In this document: in pieces, positions 1-10,207 of the stretch | Layout: each line of letters begins with the position of its first letter | Numbering within the stretch: position 1 is the stretch's first letter | The notes under the pieces: model-generated | Database searches by the model: none | The model's input: the letters and a program-made list of their open reading frames with translations, nothing else | What the model was told of the DNA's origin: nothing | Program-made: the position numbers and the translations under genes | DNA from: Aliivibrio fischeri ES114 | Lineage (GTDB): Bacteria > Pseudomonadota > Gammaproteobacteria > Enterobacterales > Vibrionaceae | NCBI RefSeq assembly: GCF_000011805.1 | Contig: NC_006841.2 | Reading direction: 5' to 3' (one strand) | DNA: 32,000 nucleotides

Positions 1-1
1 A

Positions 2-1867
2 GCTCAAGCATTACTGGCGAACATGGCTTCTTTTTATGCCGTGTATCATGGTCCAGAAGGGTTAAAAACCATTGCTCGTCGTGTCCACCACTTTACAGCT
101 ATTGTGGCAAAAGCATTACAAACAGCAGGTTTTGAACTAGAGCACCAACATTTCTTTGATACCTTAACCGTTAAGACTGAACAACAGACAGATATTTTGT
201 ACACTAAAGCGTTGGCTTCAAGCATTAATCTACGCAAATTTGATACAAAATTAGGAATCAGTTTTGATGAAACCACTACGGTTTCGGATCTCGTTACTCT
301 ATTAGCGGTATTTGGTATCGATAATGCGGAATGTGAAACCTTATCTGCTGAAGTAGGAAAAGATGAATTTGCTGCCATTCCTAAACATTGTCAGAGAACA
401 TCTTCCTTTTTAACTCATCCAGTATTTAATACGTACCATAGTGAAACACAAATGCTACGTTATTTGAAAAAACTGGAAAACAAAGACTTCTCTTTAACTC
501 ATGGCATGATCCCACTAGGCTCTTGCACCATGAAATTAAACGCCGTTGCAGAAATGCTGCCTGTTACATGGCCAGAGTTTGGTGGTATTCACCCATTCGC
601 ACCACTAAACCAAGCTGCGGGTTATACAACACTAGCAACGTCACTAAAATCCATGTTATGTGAAATCACAGGTTATGATGAGTTTTCATTGCAACCAAAC
701 TCGGGCGCTTCTGGTGAATACGCAGGTCTAATTGCGATTCAACGTTACCATGAGAGCCGTGGTGACGCTCACCGTAATGTTTGCTTAATCCCAAGCTCTG
801 CACACGGTACTAACCCTGCCACTGCATCTATGGTATCGATGAAAGTTGTCGTAGTTAAATGCGATGAAAACGGCAATATCGATATGATCGATTTAGCTGA
901 GAAAATTGAAAAGCATCAAGAGAATCTATCAAGCATCATGATCACTTACCCTTCTACGCATGGCGTATATGAAGAGCAAGTACGTGAAGTGTGCGATATG
1001 GTACATGCAGCTGGTGGTCAAGTGTATCTTGATGGTGCCAATATGAATGCGCAAGTTGGTTTAACAAGCCCAGGTTTCATCGGCTCAGATGTATCTCACT
1101 TAAACCTACACAAAACCTTCTGTATTCCACACGGTGGTGGTGGTCCGGGTATGGGTCCTATTGGTGTTAAATCACACCTTGCGCCTTTCCTTCCGGGTCA
1201 CACTGAAAACGGTGTTCAAGGAATGGATTATGCTGTTTCAGCTGCGGATTTAGGCAGTGCCTCTATCTTACCAATATCATGGGCATATATTGCTATGATG
1301 GGTGAAATGGGTCTGACTGAAGCGACAAAAGTGGCGATATTAAATGCCAACTATGTAATGGAACGCCTACGCCCTCACTACCCTGTGTTATACCGTGGTA
1401 CCAATGGTCGTATTGCGCACGAATGCATTATAGATATTCGTCCATTAAAAGAGACGACAGGCATTAGTGAAGAAGACATTGCAAAACGATTAATGGACTT
1501 TGGTTTCCATGCTCCAACCATGTCATTCCCAGTTGCTGGAACCTTAATGGTTGAGCCAACGGAATCTGAAGACCTAGCTGAACTGGATCGTTTCTGTGAC
1601 GCGATGATAGCGATTCGTGAAGAGATGAATAAGGTTGAGCAAGGTGAATGGCCATTAGACAACAACCCACTTGTTAATGCACCACACACACAAGTCGATT
1701 TAATGTCTGATAGCTGGGAACATCCATATACTCGTGAAGTAGCATGCTTCCCATCATCACAATCAAAAGATTCTAAATACTGGCCTACCGTCAACCGTGT
1801 AGACAATGTGTATGGTGATCGTAATTTAATCTGTTCATGCCCAAGCATTGAGAATTACGAAGAGTAA
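2..1867 (+). CDS. gcvP: Glycine dehydrogenase (decarboxylating), P-protein, C-terminal part (5' truncated by window edge)
   Basis: The frame is open to the window edge upstream of the ATG at 23 (AQALLAN-M...). Protein has [13 protein letters not shown], the PLP-lysine region [28 protein letters not shown], and the C-terminus [10 protein letters not shown]...[22 protein letters not shown], all typical of GcvP. Confidence 0.97.
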   Translation, partial: AQALLANMASFYAVYHGPEGLKTIARRVHHFTAIVAKALQTAGFELEHQHFFDTLTVKTEQQTDILYTKALASSINLRKFDTKLGISFDETTTVSDLVTLLAVFGIDNAECETLSAEVGKDEFAAIPKHCQRTSSFLTHPVFNTYHSETQMLRYLKKLENKDFSLTHGMIPLGSCTMKLNAVAEMLPVTWPEFGGIHPFAPLNQAAGYTTLATSLKSMLCEITGYDEFSLQPNSGASGEYAGLIAIQRYHESRGDAHRNVCLIPSSAHGTNPATASMVSMKVVVVKCDENGNIDMIDLAEKIEKHQENLSSIMITYPSTHGVYEEQVREVCDMVHAAGGQVYLDGANMNAQVGLTSPGFIGSDVSHLNLHKTFCIPHGGGGPGMGPIGVKSHLAPFLPGHTENGVQGMDYAVSAADLGSASILPISWAYIAMMGEMGLTEATKVAILNANYVMERLRPHYPVLYRGTNGRIAHECIIDIRPLKETTGISEEDIAKRLMDFGFHAPTMSFPVAGTLMVEPTESEDLAELDRFCDAMIAIREEMNKVEQGEWPLDNNPLVNAPHTQVDLMSDSWEHPYTREVACFPSSQSKDSKYWPTVNRVDNVYGDRNLICSCPSIENYEE

Positions 1868-1895
1868 CACTCACCACTAACAACCTATCTATATA

Positions 1896-1930
1896 AAATA
1901 GACAAGCGTATGTTTGTCTATTTTTTTTAT
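1896..1930 (+). terminator. Rho-independent terminator downstream of gcvP
   Basis: Perfect 10-bp stem AAATAGACAA / TTGTCTATTT with an 8-nt loop followed by a T-run. Confidence 0.85.
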
Positions 1931-1935
1931 CTAAA

Positions 1936-1990
1936 AAATGAATCATTCCTTTCCCTTTTGCTACATGAAAAAATCGTAATCATGATGTAA
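1936..1990. repeat. Left copy of a perfect 55-bp direct repeat flanking the NTPase/nuclease cassette
   Basis: aaatgaatcattcctttcccttttgctacatgaaaaaatcgtaatcatgatgtaa is identical to 9921-9975. Confidence 0.95.
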
Positions 1991-2180
1991 TAGGATTAAT
2001 TAATCTACTCATAACTAGCGGAACTGAATTATTCTATTTGATGGTTCTAATACGTTTTTTGTAAAAATACGTCCCTTTAAGTAACCCTCTGATTATTAAT
2101 GCATTTATACGTCGCACTTAATATACAACATTAGTAACTTCTTTCATAAAGCAGCAAGTCCAACATATCCTTAAAGTTAA

Positions 2181-2888
2181 CTAACTATTAGGCAATTCTT
2201 CTTTGAGTTTTTGTAACTTTTTGCATAAATCATCAATATAATCACTAAGAAATTTTGACATATGTTGAACTTCACTTTTCTCTGTAAGCAAATCGTTAGC
2301 AGAACGAAAGTTCATTTCTTCTTCGGCCCATGAGAGCAAAAAATCATATAATTCTTGTTCTTCAACTGTTAATACGCTAGGAGGTACTTGATTACCTCTA
2401 TATAACTTCAATGTAGTAAACTCAACAAAATGTAGAGCTCTATACAAGTCAACTATCATCGAAAATGTATCCGCAGCTAAGGATTCATACTTTCCTAACT
2501 TGTTTCTTTCCCATACGTTAGCCTCGGGAGATAGAATACTCAGTGATTCAATAATTTTCTTAAAACGAGCCAATGGATAAGCATTGTTAGTCATATTACG
2601 TCTATGCCCCCATAGCTTCAAAATCAACTCAACGGATTGTTGTTGATATTTTTCTTTTTCCTCTGGATTCTCTGCATGTTCTGCCCTTTCCATCACCTCA
2701 ACTAGGTAATGAGACATCCACTTACCTAGAGTGTCACAACTATCTGAAAAGCCTAGCTCAGTCGCTAGGTGATGTCCAAGTACCAACACATCCTTCAGTG
2801 GTAAGGATTTCTCCAGTTCTTCTGAGAAGATAGAGTCTTGCGTATCGTGCTTCTTTTTCGGACTTTTCGTTATACTCTGTAATTCCAT
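2181..2888 (-). CDS. Uncharacterised 235-aa helical protein, putative partner of the large NTPase
   Basis: Long ORF. Purine-rich GAAGAG lies about 10 nt upstream of the ATG. It overlaps the 3' end of the upstream gene on the same strand. No domain recognised. Confidence 0.8.
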   Translation of the reverse strand: MELQSITKSPKKKHDTQDSIFSEELEKSLPLKDVLVLGHHLATELGFSDSCDTLGKWMSHYLVEVMERAEHAENPEEKEKYQQQSVELILKLWGHRRNMTNNAYPLARFKKIIESLSILSPEANVWERNKLGKYESLAADTFSMIVDLYRALHFVEFTTLKLYRGNQVPPSVLTVEEQELYDFLLSWAEEEMNFRSANDLLTEKSEVQHMSKFLSDYIDDLCKKLQKLKEELPNS

Positions 2889-5800
2889 CTTTAGTTACTC
2901 TTCGTGTTATTTCGACTTCAAGGATTAGATCAAAGCCAACTTTATCTAGGTATTGCTTAAGGTGATGTAATGACACTTTCAGGCGATGTCCATTAGAGAT
3001 TACATCTTCACCAAAAATGTATTCTTTCCACAGGGAGTTACCTCTTGTATCTCCCCATGCTTCATAATGAAATGCTCTTGCTCCATTAGAGGAGTCAAGC
3101 CAACTAACGGGATAGCTATCTGAACGACACAATCCTAGTATTTCAACGACATTTTCAGACGGAGTCGCTTCTATTAGGCGGACATCATGATTAAACACAT
3201 CCTTTTCATCTAGACGAGCATCACCAGAGTGTTCGTTGAGCCAACCACGTAATAAAAATGGGTCATCATCTATCTCAAATTCATGTCCAGCAGGTGGTAG
3301 ACGATAATCCCAAGAATCACGGGAAGTTTGTAGTGCCCGAAGCAATGATAATCCTGTATCTGGGCTAACAAGGGAAGAAGATATTCTCACACTGGAGCGA
3401 TGATTACTGGTGCGAATATCATGATATGAATCCACAACCAGACTTTCATCTTCGGAAGTTAAACCAAGTTCCAACTCAAAATCATTGTCGGTTATTGCTG
3501 CTACCCAATCTTCTGCCTCGACGGTAGGAGGAAGATGAAAACGTGTTTCTAGTGGTGTTGGACAACGAAGATCACTTGACCAGTGCGGGGGTTGAGTTAA
3601 TCCGTTTTGTCTCAAAAATCCGTTTAGTGTTCCATAATCGTCATCATCGTATTTAGGCTCAGATAACGCTTTTTCTGCCATTAGAGAGCCGAGGCTACAC
3701 CACATGGCGTGCCATTCTAGGTAATAACTGTGTCGCTCTATCGTCGGCATTGAGCCGTGACTATGGCTGTATAGGCTATAGTTTGCTCTTTCAAACTTAT
3801 ATTTTCGTGGCTCATTTTCCCATGTTGATAAATCAGAACCACTATTCCAGCGATCCATGATCCAAGCTTCCGCCTCATCTAGGAACATTTCTTGGTCAAC
3901 ATCAGAGAAGCACCTTATCGCGCCTGGATACACATAACTGAGAGTATCTAGCGAATCAAAGCTAAATCTTCTCTCTTTATTACCTTTGTGAAATCCGCCT
4001 CGATAAACTCTACCTTTCGATTTTTTGGTAGCTAATTCCGAAGTATTGATAGCATCTAATGCTGTAATTTCCTGTTCATCAAAATCAATAAAACCATTTG
4101 AAAGAAGTTTCATCAAACAAGATTTAGCAAAATGGCGCATCAATACATGCGGGAAGTCTTGGTCGGTAGCAATGCTCAACAACCAGCGTGCGACAGGTGC
4201 AATGGCTTCCGGTACCTCAGATGCAATTCGATCAAATGTAACAATGAGCCAAAGACGCGCTGACAACCAATAGAAAGGCACACTATCTTCACGATAGCCG
4301 GGCATAGATTTTCGCTCATACAAAGCGGTTAACGCCACAATTGTCTTAAAATCTCCCATTCTAGCAGACGCTCTAATACTATGTGCCGCTCGCCACCTCA
4401 CTCTAGTATCTATGTCGCCTAGGAACGAGTAGAGTTGGCATGCTAATGCTGATTCAACTAAAGACTCCGACTCAATTTTATCCGTTGGAAGTTTTAACCG
4501 TGTGGTTAGTCGCTGAACATAACGAATTGTGACATCAGCAATCTGCTGCTCACTGCAATAATCAGTCAACAGCCTGACTAACGAATAGAGCTTGGTCAAG
4601 GGCAAAGATTCGGCATTTTTTTCCAGGCCATCTAGCAGTATGCTAACCGCTTCTTCTTTATTTAAGTTAAGGCTATGAATAATATCTTTCAGCATCCGCT
4701 TGTCGTAACCATAATTTTCATCATAAGAGAACTCGCCCAAATGATTAGCAATTAAGACTGGTAGGTTTTCCTCTTTCCAAGCAGATATAGAGTGAGATGA
4801 CCCTATCCATAGGTTAATGCAGTCAATTAACGTATTAGCCCATGTATAGCCAAGATCATCAATTACGTGTTCATCGGTCAAGAAATCCAGAAAGGTAATA
4901 CGATCTTTTGACTCCAACTGACTGATTAAAGATCTCAATATGTCATCGTTGGTGATATATAAATCTTCACCTCTAGCTTCATTTCGCTTAGCGCGAATTG
5001 AAATCATAAAACTGGAAGGTGATTCAAAGGAAACGTCTGCTAATTTTATACCTTCAAGGAACTCGCGATCCTTTAATTTCCTAGTTGCCGAATCAAGTAT
5101 GTCATTGCTATTTTTTGACTTAGTACTTTTTTTGGTATGTGATTTAAATTCAACTAATTGATTAAGTGCTGAATGCCAATACTCACTACTATCGCAATAT
5201 GGAACTAACGCATTTAACTCCTGACATATTTTAGAACTACCGCTTCTGTTGAATCTCAATAACTCAGCTTTTGCAATTTCCTCTACAACTTGACTTGCAT
5301 CTTGAACACTTGTAACTGAAGCTAGTTTAACCACAAGCTCCTCATGTAAATCATCACAGAAATTGAGCAAAGATGCGGCCTGCGCAGAACTTATAGTTCC
5401 TTCTGTAACCCCTGTCGACATCAATGCAGGAAGAGTATCGCCGGCTTGAACTAAATCACAATCTTCCCAATAACCGATAAGGCTGATTGCTTGCGGCATA
5501 TCCAATATAGCAACAGCAGAAATTGCATCATTCCAGGGAAAATTATCATAGCCATCAAGAAGAGTGCCGTACTCCGTTATTATCGCAGCTATTTGACTTG
5601 CTATCTTCCGCGAATCTGTGGACGAAAAGTGCTTTTTAGCGTTTTTAGATAACGCTGAAAAAAGAGCCATGTCATGCATAGCATCGACATCAACGTCATT
5701 AGCGATATCAACCGCTATTTTAAATACTTCTCTGGCTTCGTCCTTATCCACAAACAGTAATATTCTGGACAAATCCAAAAGAATGCTGATCTTTTCGTTT

Positions 5801-8800
5801 GCTGCTGTTTTTAGAGCTGTTACTTCAACTGAGCGATCGTAAATATCCTTAACAACTAACGACCTCAACTCTGGTATTTTTATTAGATTTGCAATAACTT
5901 TACGCTGACCAGAAGAAAACACAGATGGCCATTGTTTAAACGCTCCCTTAGTTAGGCTTAGCACTATATTCATATTGATATCAGGCACAACAGACAGCTT
6001 GGCTAATGATAAAGAAAGGTGACTACATATGGATTCAAAATAGTGCTCCCTAGACATCCTCCAGGAATTTGCAAACAAAGAACCCAGTGCAGACTTAACT
6101 TTCTCTTCAGCATTTTCCGGCAAGATATTGGACAGCAAAACGTCCGCTCTAACAGCATAAACAGACATTAGACCTGACAGGCTTTCCTTTATCTCTTTAT
6201 GCTTTTCCGATAGTTTTTGCTTCTTCCTATTTTTCTCGGCCTCATTAAGATCTTCAGGTATAGGTGAATCAATCCAATAGGACTCTATTGTTACGTTGAG
6301 ACCACGATGGCGCATTAACAAAGAGTAAGCTCTAAAAGCGACATCGTTTTTAAGAATATCGTGTGTGTAGATGTTATTGACTAACCGCCAATTATCAGGG
6401 CATAGATATTCAAGAATTGGCTCAACTGAGGATAAATTCATTCCATTGGCAGCCAAAATTTCACAGCCATTAAGTAACATTTCCGCGTAGCTATAACCGT
6501 CTGAGCCTTCTGAAGTGTACCTTTCTAGCTCTTTTAGATCGCAATATTTCAATATATCCTTGTTGCACAGTGACTTTTCAAGAGAGGAACAATCAATACG
6601 GTAGCCAACAAGCGCCAAAGGTATTTTGAACAATGATGACCAAGGTTCTGGAATACAACCACTATCCAAAAACTCTTGAATTGCCGCTACCTTGTCCGAT
6701 AACAACAGACGATCCAATAATCTGTTCGCGATTTTGTAATGAATACTTTTGGGTTGCCAAATACAAATGAACTTGTATGCAGCCTCGTAACCTTCCATAT
6801 CCAACACTGAATGAGCAACAGCAGTAATATCCGCAAGCTCTAATGGCCACATATTTATATGTTGGTACCGACGATCGCTTTGTTCGGATTTTTGTCGTTC
6901 AATATCTTCACTTCTCCGATTAATCCATTCACGAAGAATACGTTTCTTTTCGCGGGCAGCGATAAAATCCCTGTCGGCTGCATCACGGGCAATAATATGC
7001 GATAAGAACCTACCATGGCTTTCATATGTTTTTGACGAGTAAAGTATATTTCGGCCTACAGTATCAGACGCAAAATGGACGGATAAATCGGGGTTTTCAG
7101 CGATAATTTTATCTACTGCATCATCTGTTTTTATCGCCTCTGCGCCAACCAGTAAGGTAAATATTGCATCTGCTGGCTCGCCCGCTGAACGACACACTTT
7201 CATCGCGAGTTGTAACCGCTGACGTTGTACTTCTCGGCGAATTATTTGGTCTTTTATAGCTTTTGGTGCTTCATTTTTCTCTATGATTTTTATGATTTCT
7301 TGGCCTTGCCCAGCTGAAAATAGCGCTGAAGCCAAATGCATGGCAGAATATTCATCACTTTCATGGTTAGCTTTGAAGTGTGCTGCTGAACGCTTATAAG
7401 CTTCCAGCAGCTTTGGTCGAGCTTTTTCTCTGACAAAGAACTCAACATCTTCATCAAGAAATCCCACCTTGCCATCAAGGACTCGCATTCCTGGCAGATC
7501 AGAGACAATATCACTAACCCTTTCTATTGATATCCCTGCAACACTAGCTAAATGTTGCTTTGGAACTGGTGACGGTAGTGCTACTAACGATGAACAAACG
7601 AGAGATAGGACGTCAGAATTACCCTCCTTCAAAATTGCTTCTTCAAAGCGGGCTTCAAAGATTTGTTCCAACCCCTTTCCATTGGGTCTTAAAAATTCAA
7701 TCGCTTTGCCCACATCTGATTTTGCATAGTCGAATGCGTAACTTTGTACTCGTGGATTTCGATTAGATAAATTATGAAAATCCTCTACCCATGCTTTGTC
7801 TACACCGGGAAATTGATTTAATACATTGAGCTCTGTTTCTTCCAATGAGAAGTTAGAAATTTCTACTGAGTTGTATTTAGATGGAATTGATAAGGAATCT
7901 AAACGTCCAGTTCTTGCAGAGATCATTAATCTAACATTAGCTGGCAGATTGCCTATTTTAATCAATTCATGAACGAAACTGATTTCTTCTGGCTTACATT
8001 GGTTTGCACCCGTCACAGAATTATCCGCAGCATCAATAACGACGACCAACAATGCATTATCTTCTTGTGCCTCTAAAACCTTGCTTGCACTTTCGATTCT
8101 TAAAGAAAAAGCCTTAATAAGATCTACTGAAGTATCCTGACTAATCAACAAAGGTAATCGCAATCGAGCCGAAGTTTCATTAATTAATTGCAAGTAGGCA
8201 TCTTTCGATCTATGCCGATAGGCTTCACTATCCATATAAGTGCCAGCGCCATAACAGTCATATGTAATCATAACTGAACCCTCGGGCAATAGATTTTCAA
8301 CCTGTTTTAGTACGGTCGTTTTTCCACTACCGCCTTCGCCATGCAAGCATATAAATTGATCTCCATTGACCATAGCAGTTTGTATCGCAACGGCAGCATT
8401 TCTATTAACAGGATTTTTCACTGCTTTGAGCCTTGAGGGGCATGGGAATAGAGCACGAGGGTCAGACACATTCATCCATGTCAACACCGTCTCTCTAGTG
8501 ATATAACTTCCTGTGGCCTCCGGCAGCATCAGCTTATGAATACGGTCTTTTAAATCCAACACAAACCCTCGATCAGCACTCAATGTAAGAGCTAGAATCT
8601 CATTAATTGCACTTTCCTCCTGCTCAAATCGAGAACCAGCGCCACAGTCAGAAAAGTCGAAGAGTTTAATAAATTTCTTGAAATTGGCTTTGTTAAGACC
8701 ACTAGCAATTCTTAGCGTTTCATACTTTTTGTTACTAAAATCGGAAAGCGACTTTTGAAGGTCTATACCAATAGGGCGATTACTGACTAGCCTAATTGTT

Positions 8801-9201
8801 AGCGTACCAGCACCAATCAGTTCTGGCCTAGCTTTTAATATTGCAGTAAATGAATCAGCAAGCCCTTTTACAATGCTGTTATTTGAAGATTTCGATTTAG
8901 AACTTGTTAGCTCCGAAACAGTCCAATTTTTTTCAGGCGTTGATGCAGAGTACTTTAGCTGCTCAATGACAACCTTTTCAGCTTGCTCTATTGTATGACC
9001 ACCATAAAATAAACCACAATCAACAGAGTCCCATTCCGTTAACTCCTGAGAATTTTCATCATCAAGATTTACGCCTTCAACTGTAACGGCAACCAATGAT
9101 GTGTCAGGTTCGAGTAACTGTAATGCTAGACGAAGTGCCCACCACTCATGAAAATCATCGCCAGTGTTGGAGGCTCTGGCACCTAGGTATTCTGCTTTCA
9201 T
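2758..9201 (-). CDS. Large STAND-type P-loop NTPase with putative N-terminal Cap4/DUF4297-like nuclease domain; Avs-like candidate anti-phage protein (2147 aa)
   Basis: N-terminus GDDFHEWWALRLALQLLEP...VAVTVEG...WDSVDCGLF...VVIEQLKYS fits a D...QxK PD-(D/E)XK-like arrangement. Walker A GEGGSGKT is at aa ~288-295 (nt 8317-8340), Walker B-like LLVVVIDAADN at aa ~384-394, then VRLMISAR. The rest is a roughly 1700-aa helix-rich C-terminal region. Confidence 0.85.
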   Translation of the reverse strand: MKAEYLGARASNTGDDFHEWWALRLALQLLEPDTSLVAVTVEGVNLDDENSQELTEWDSVDCGLFYGGHTIEQAEKVVIEQLKYSASTPEKNWTVSELTSSKSKSSNNSIVKGLADSFTAILKARPELIGAGTLTIRLVSNRPIGIDLQKSLSDFSNKKYETLRIASGLNKANFKKFIKLFDFSDCGAGSRFEQEESAINEILALTLSADRGFVLDLKDRIHKLMLPEATGSYITRETVLTWMNVSDPRALFPCPSRLKAVKNPVNRNAAVAIQTAMVNGDQFICLHGEGGSGKTTVLKQVENLLPEGSVMITYDCYGAGTYMDSEAYRHRSKDAYLQLINETSARLRLPLLISQDTSVDLIKAFSLRIESASKVLEAQEDNALLVVVIDAADNSVTGANQCKPEEISFVHELIKIGNLPANVRLMISARTGRLDSLSIPSKYNSVEISNFSLEETELNVLNQFPGVDKAWVEDFHNLSNRNPRVQSYAFDYAKSDVGKAIEFLRPNGKGLEQIFEARFEEAILKEGNSDVLSLVCSSLVALPSPVPKQHLASVAGISIERVSDIVSDLPGMRVLDGKVGFLDEDVEFFVREKARPKLLEAYKRSAAHFKANHESDEYSAMHLASALFSAGQGQEIIKIIEKNEAPKAIKDQIIRREVQRQRLQLAMKVCRSAGEPADAIFTLLVGAEAIKTDDAVDKIIAENPDLSVHFASDTVGRNILYSSKTYESHGRFLSHIIARDAADRDFIAAREKKRILREWINRRSEDIERQKSEQSDRRYQHINMWPLELADITAVAHSVLDMEGYEAAYKFICIWQPKSIHYKIANRLLDRLLLSDKVAAIQEFLDSGCIPEPWSSLFKIPLALVGYRIDCSSLEKSLCNKDILKYCDLKELERYTSEGSDGYSYAEMLLNGCEILAANGMNLSSVEPILEYLCPDNWRLVNNIYTHDILKNDVAFRAYSLLMRHRGLNVTIESYWIDSPIPEDLNEAEKNRKKQKLSEKHKEIKESLSGLMSVYAVRADVLLSNILPENAEEKVKSALGSLFANSWRMSREHYFESICSHLSLSLAKLSVVPDINMNIVLSLTKGAFKQWPSVFSSGQRKVIANLIKIPELRSLVVKDIYDRSVEVTALKTAANEKISILLDLSRILLFVDKDEAREVFKIAVDIANDVDVDAMHDMALFSALSKNAKKHFSSTDSRKIASQIAAIITEYGTLLDGYDNFPWNDAISAVAILDMPQAISLIGYWEDCDLVQAGDTLPALMSTGVTEGTISSAQAASLLNFCDDLHEELVVKLASVTSVQDASQVVEEIAKAELLRFNRSGSSKICQELNALVPYCDSSEYWHSALNQLVEFKSHTKKSTKSKNSNDILDSATRKLKDREFLEGIKLADVSFESPSSFMISIRAKRNEARGEDLYITNDDILRSLISQLESKDRITFLDFLTDEHVIDDLGYTWANTLIDCINLWIGSSHSISAWKEENLPVLIANHLGEFSYDENYGYDKRMLKDIIHSLNLNKEEAVSILLDGLEKNAESLPLTKLYSLVRLLTDYCSEQQIADVTIRYVQRLTTRLKLPTDKIESESLVESALACQLYSFLGDIDTRVRWRAAHSIRASARMGDFKTIVALTALYERKSMPGYREDSVPFYWLSARLWLIVTFDRIASEVPEAIAPVARWLLSIATDQDFPHVLMRHFAKSCLMKLLSNGFIDFDEQEITALDAINTSELATKKSKGRVYRGGFHKGNKERRFSFDSLDTLSYVYPGAIRCFSDVDQEMFLDEAEAWIMDRWNSGSDLSTWENEPRKYKFERANYSLYSHSHGSMPTIERHSYYLEWHAMWCSLGSLMAEKALSEPKYDDDDYGTLNGFLRQNGLTQPPHWSSDLRCPTPLETRFHLPPTVEAEDWVAAITDNDFELELGLTSEDESLVVDSYHDIRTSNHRSSVRISSSLVSPDTGLSLLRALQTSRDSWDYRLPPAGHEFEIDDDPFLLRGWLNEHSGDARLDEKDVFNHDVRLIEATPSENVVEILGLCRSDSYPVSWLDSSNGARAFHYEAWGDTRGNSLWKEYIFGEDVISNGHRLKVSLHHLKQYLDKVGFDLILEVEITRRVTKDGITEYNEKSEKEARYARLYLLRRTGEILTTEGCVGTWTSPSD

Positions 9202-9920
9202 ATAATGATAATTTCTACAAATCTCTTTTGAGAGCTATGGTTCTATTGGATTGCTAGCTAATCAACAAGAATAATTCAACCAAGCACATAATGATTGATT
9301 AAAAAAATTAGAGCAAGCCGCAGCTACTTAAAATGTGACAAATCGTAACTCTTAAATACTTTTAAAACAAAAGCTTGTTTATTAAACAATTAAATCTAAA
9401 TGGATAAAGTTGTAAAGCTATTTCGCAAATCAGATCCTCATGCCTCTTACACAGTAATATACTACGACGGTGTGGTAAGAACCTTCATCGACACAATTTT
9501 ACTAACTAACAGATATCCATCTGCCGGTAATAATTCTTTACAAAGGCTAGTACACCACAATACGAACGTAAACATAGTCAAGTACACACGACATTTATGT
9601 CCCATTCCCTAAAATCATTTTAATGGATCATTGTATGAAATCATTCAACGAGGCCTTTACAAAAACGTTTCTACCTACTTAACACTCTGTACTCGATTTT
9701 CTATATAGAGAAGTAGCTCTATGACAAACTGCGAATAAGTCAAGTAAAGCACCATCAAAAATTTCTAATCTGGTAAATTTTAATATTTCTGAGTATTAGA
9801 ACTTCACAATAAGTATATATCTGCCATATTTTTTAAAATCATAAAATAACTTATTGATTTACAAATTTACTGCTTTCAACTAGATAGCTGTATTCAATCA
9901 TCACTACTCTCCAATATGGG

Positions 9921-9975
9921 AAATGAATCATTCCTTTCCCTTTTGCTACATGAAAAAATCGTAATCATGATGTAA
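9921..9975. repeat. Right copy of the perfect 55-bp direct repeat
   Basis: Identical to 1936-1990, same orientation, about 8.0 kb apart. Confidence 0.95.
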
Positions 9976-10207
9976 CTCACTAATTTATAAATAAAAGATT
10001 TTATTTTTTAAAATAATGATAATGAGCACAAATTAATACTAGCAAGATGGTAACCTGTATGTCAGAATCCATCGCTTTTTTATGCTTGTTTATTAAGACG
10101 TTACATACAATTTATCTATTGATAGCATGATTTATCATTGTTGAAACCGTTAGTTTACGAGCCTTTTCAATATCTCAACAATGTAATCAATTATTGGAAT
10201 TTCTCAT

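Noticed and set aside
46-1848. Antisense and alternate-frame ORFs inside gcvP (46-378, 1378-1848, 1464-1670)
   Set aside because: Fully contained in a confidently identified, well-conserved gene. The translations are low-complexity or implausible and no RBS was identified.
4025-7766. Short + and - strand ORFs inside the 2147-aa gene (4025-4273, 4940-5161, 5618-5842, 6662-6850, 7290-7514, 7469-7729, 7560-7766)
   Set aside because: Embedded in the large continuous ORF, with serine-rich shadow-frame translations and no independent evidence.
9400-9612. 70-aa ORF MDKVVKLFRKSDPHASYTV...
   Set aside because: Short, unclear RBS and no recognisable family. Not called as a gene, only mentioned as part of the non-coding segment worth checking.
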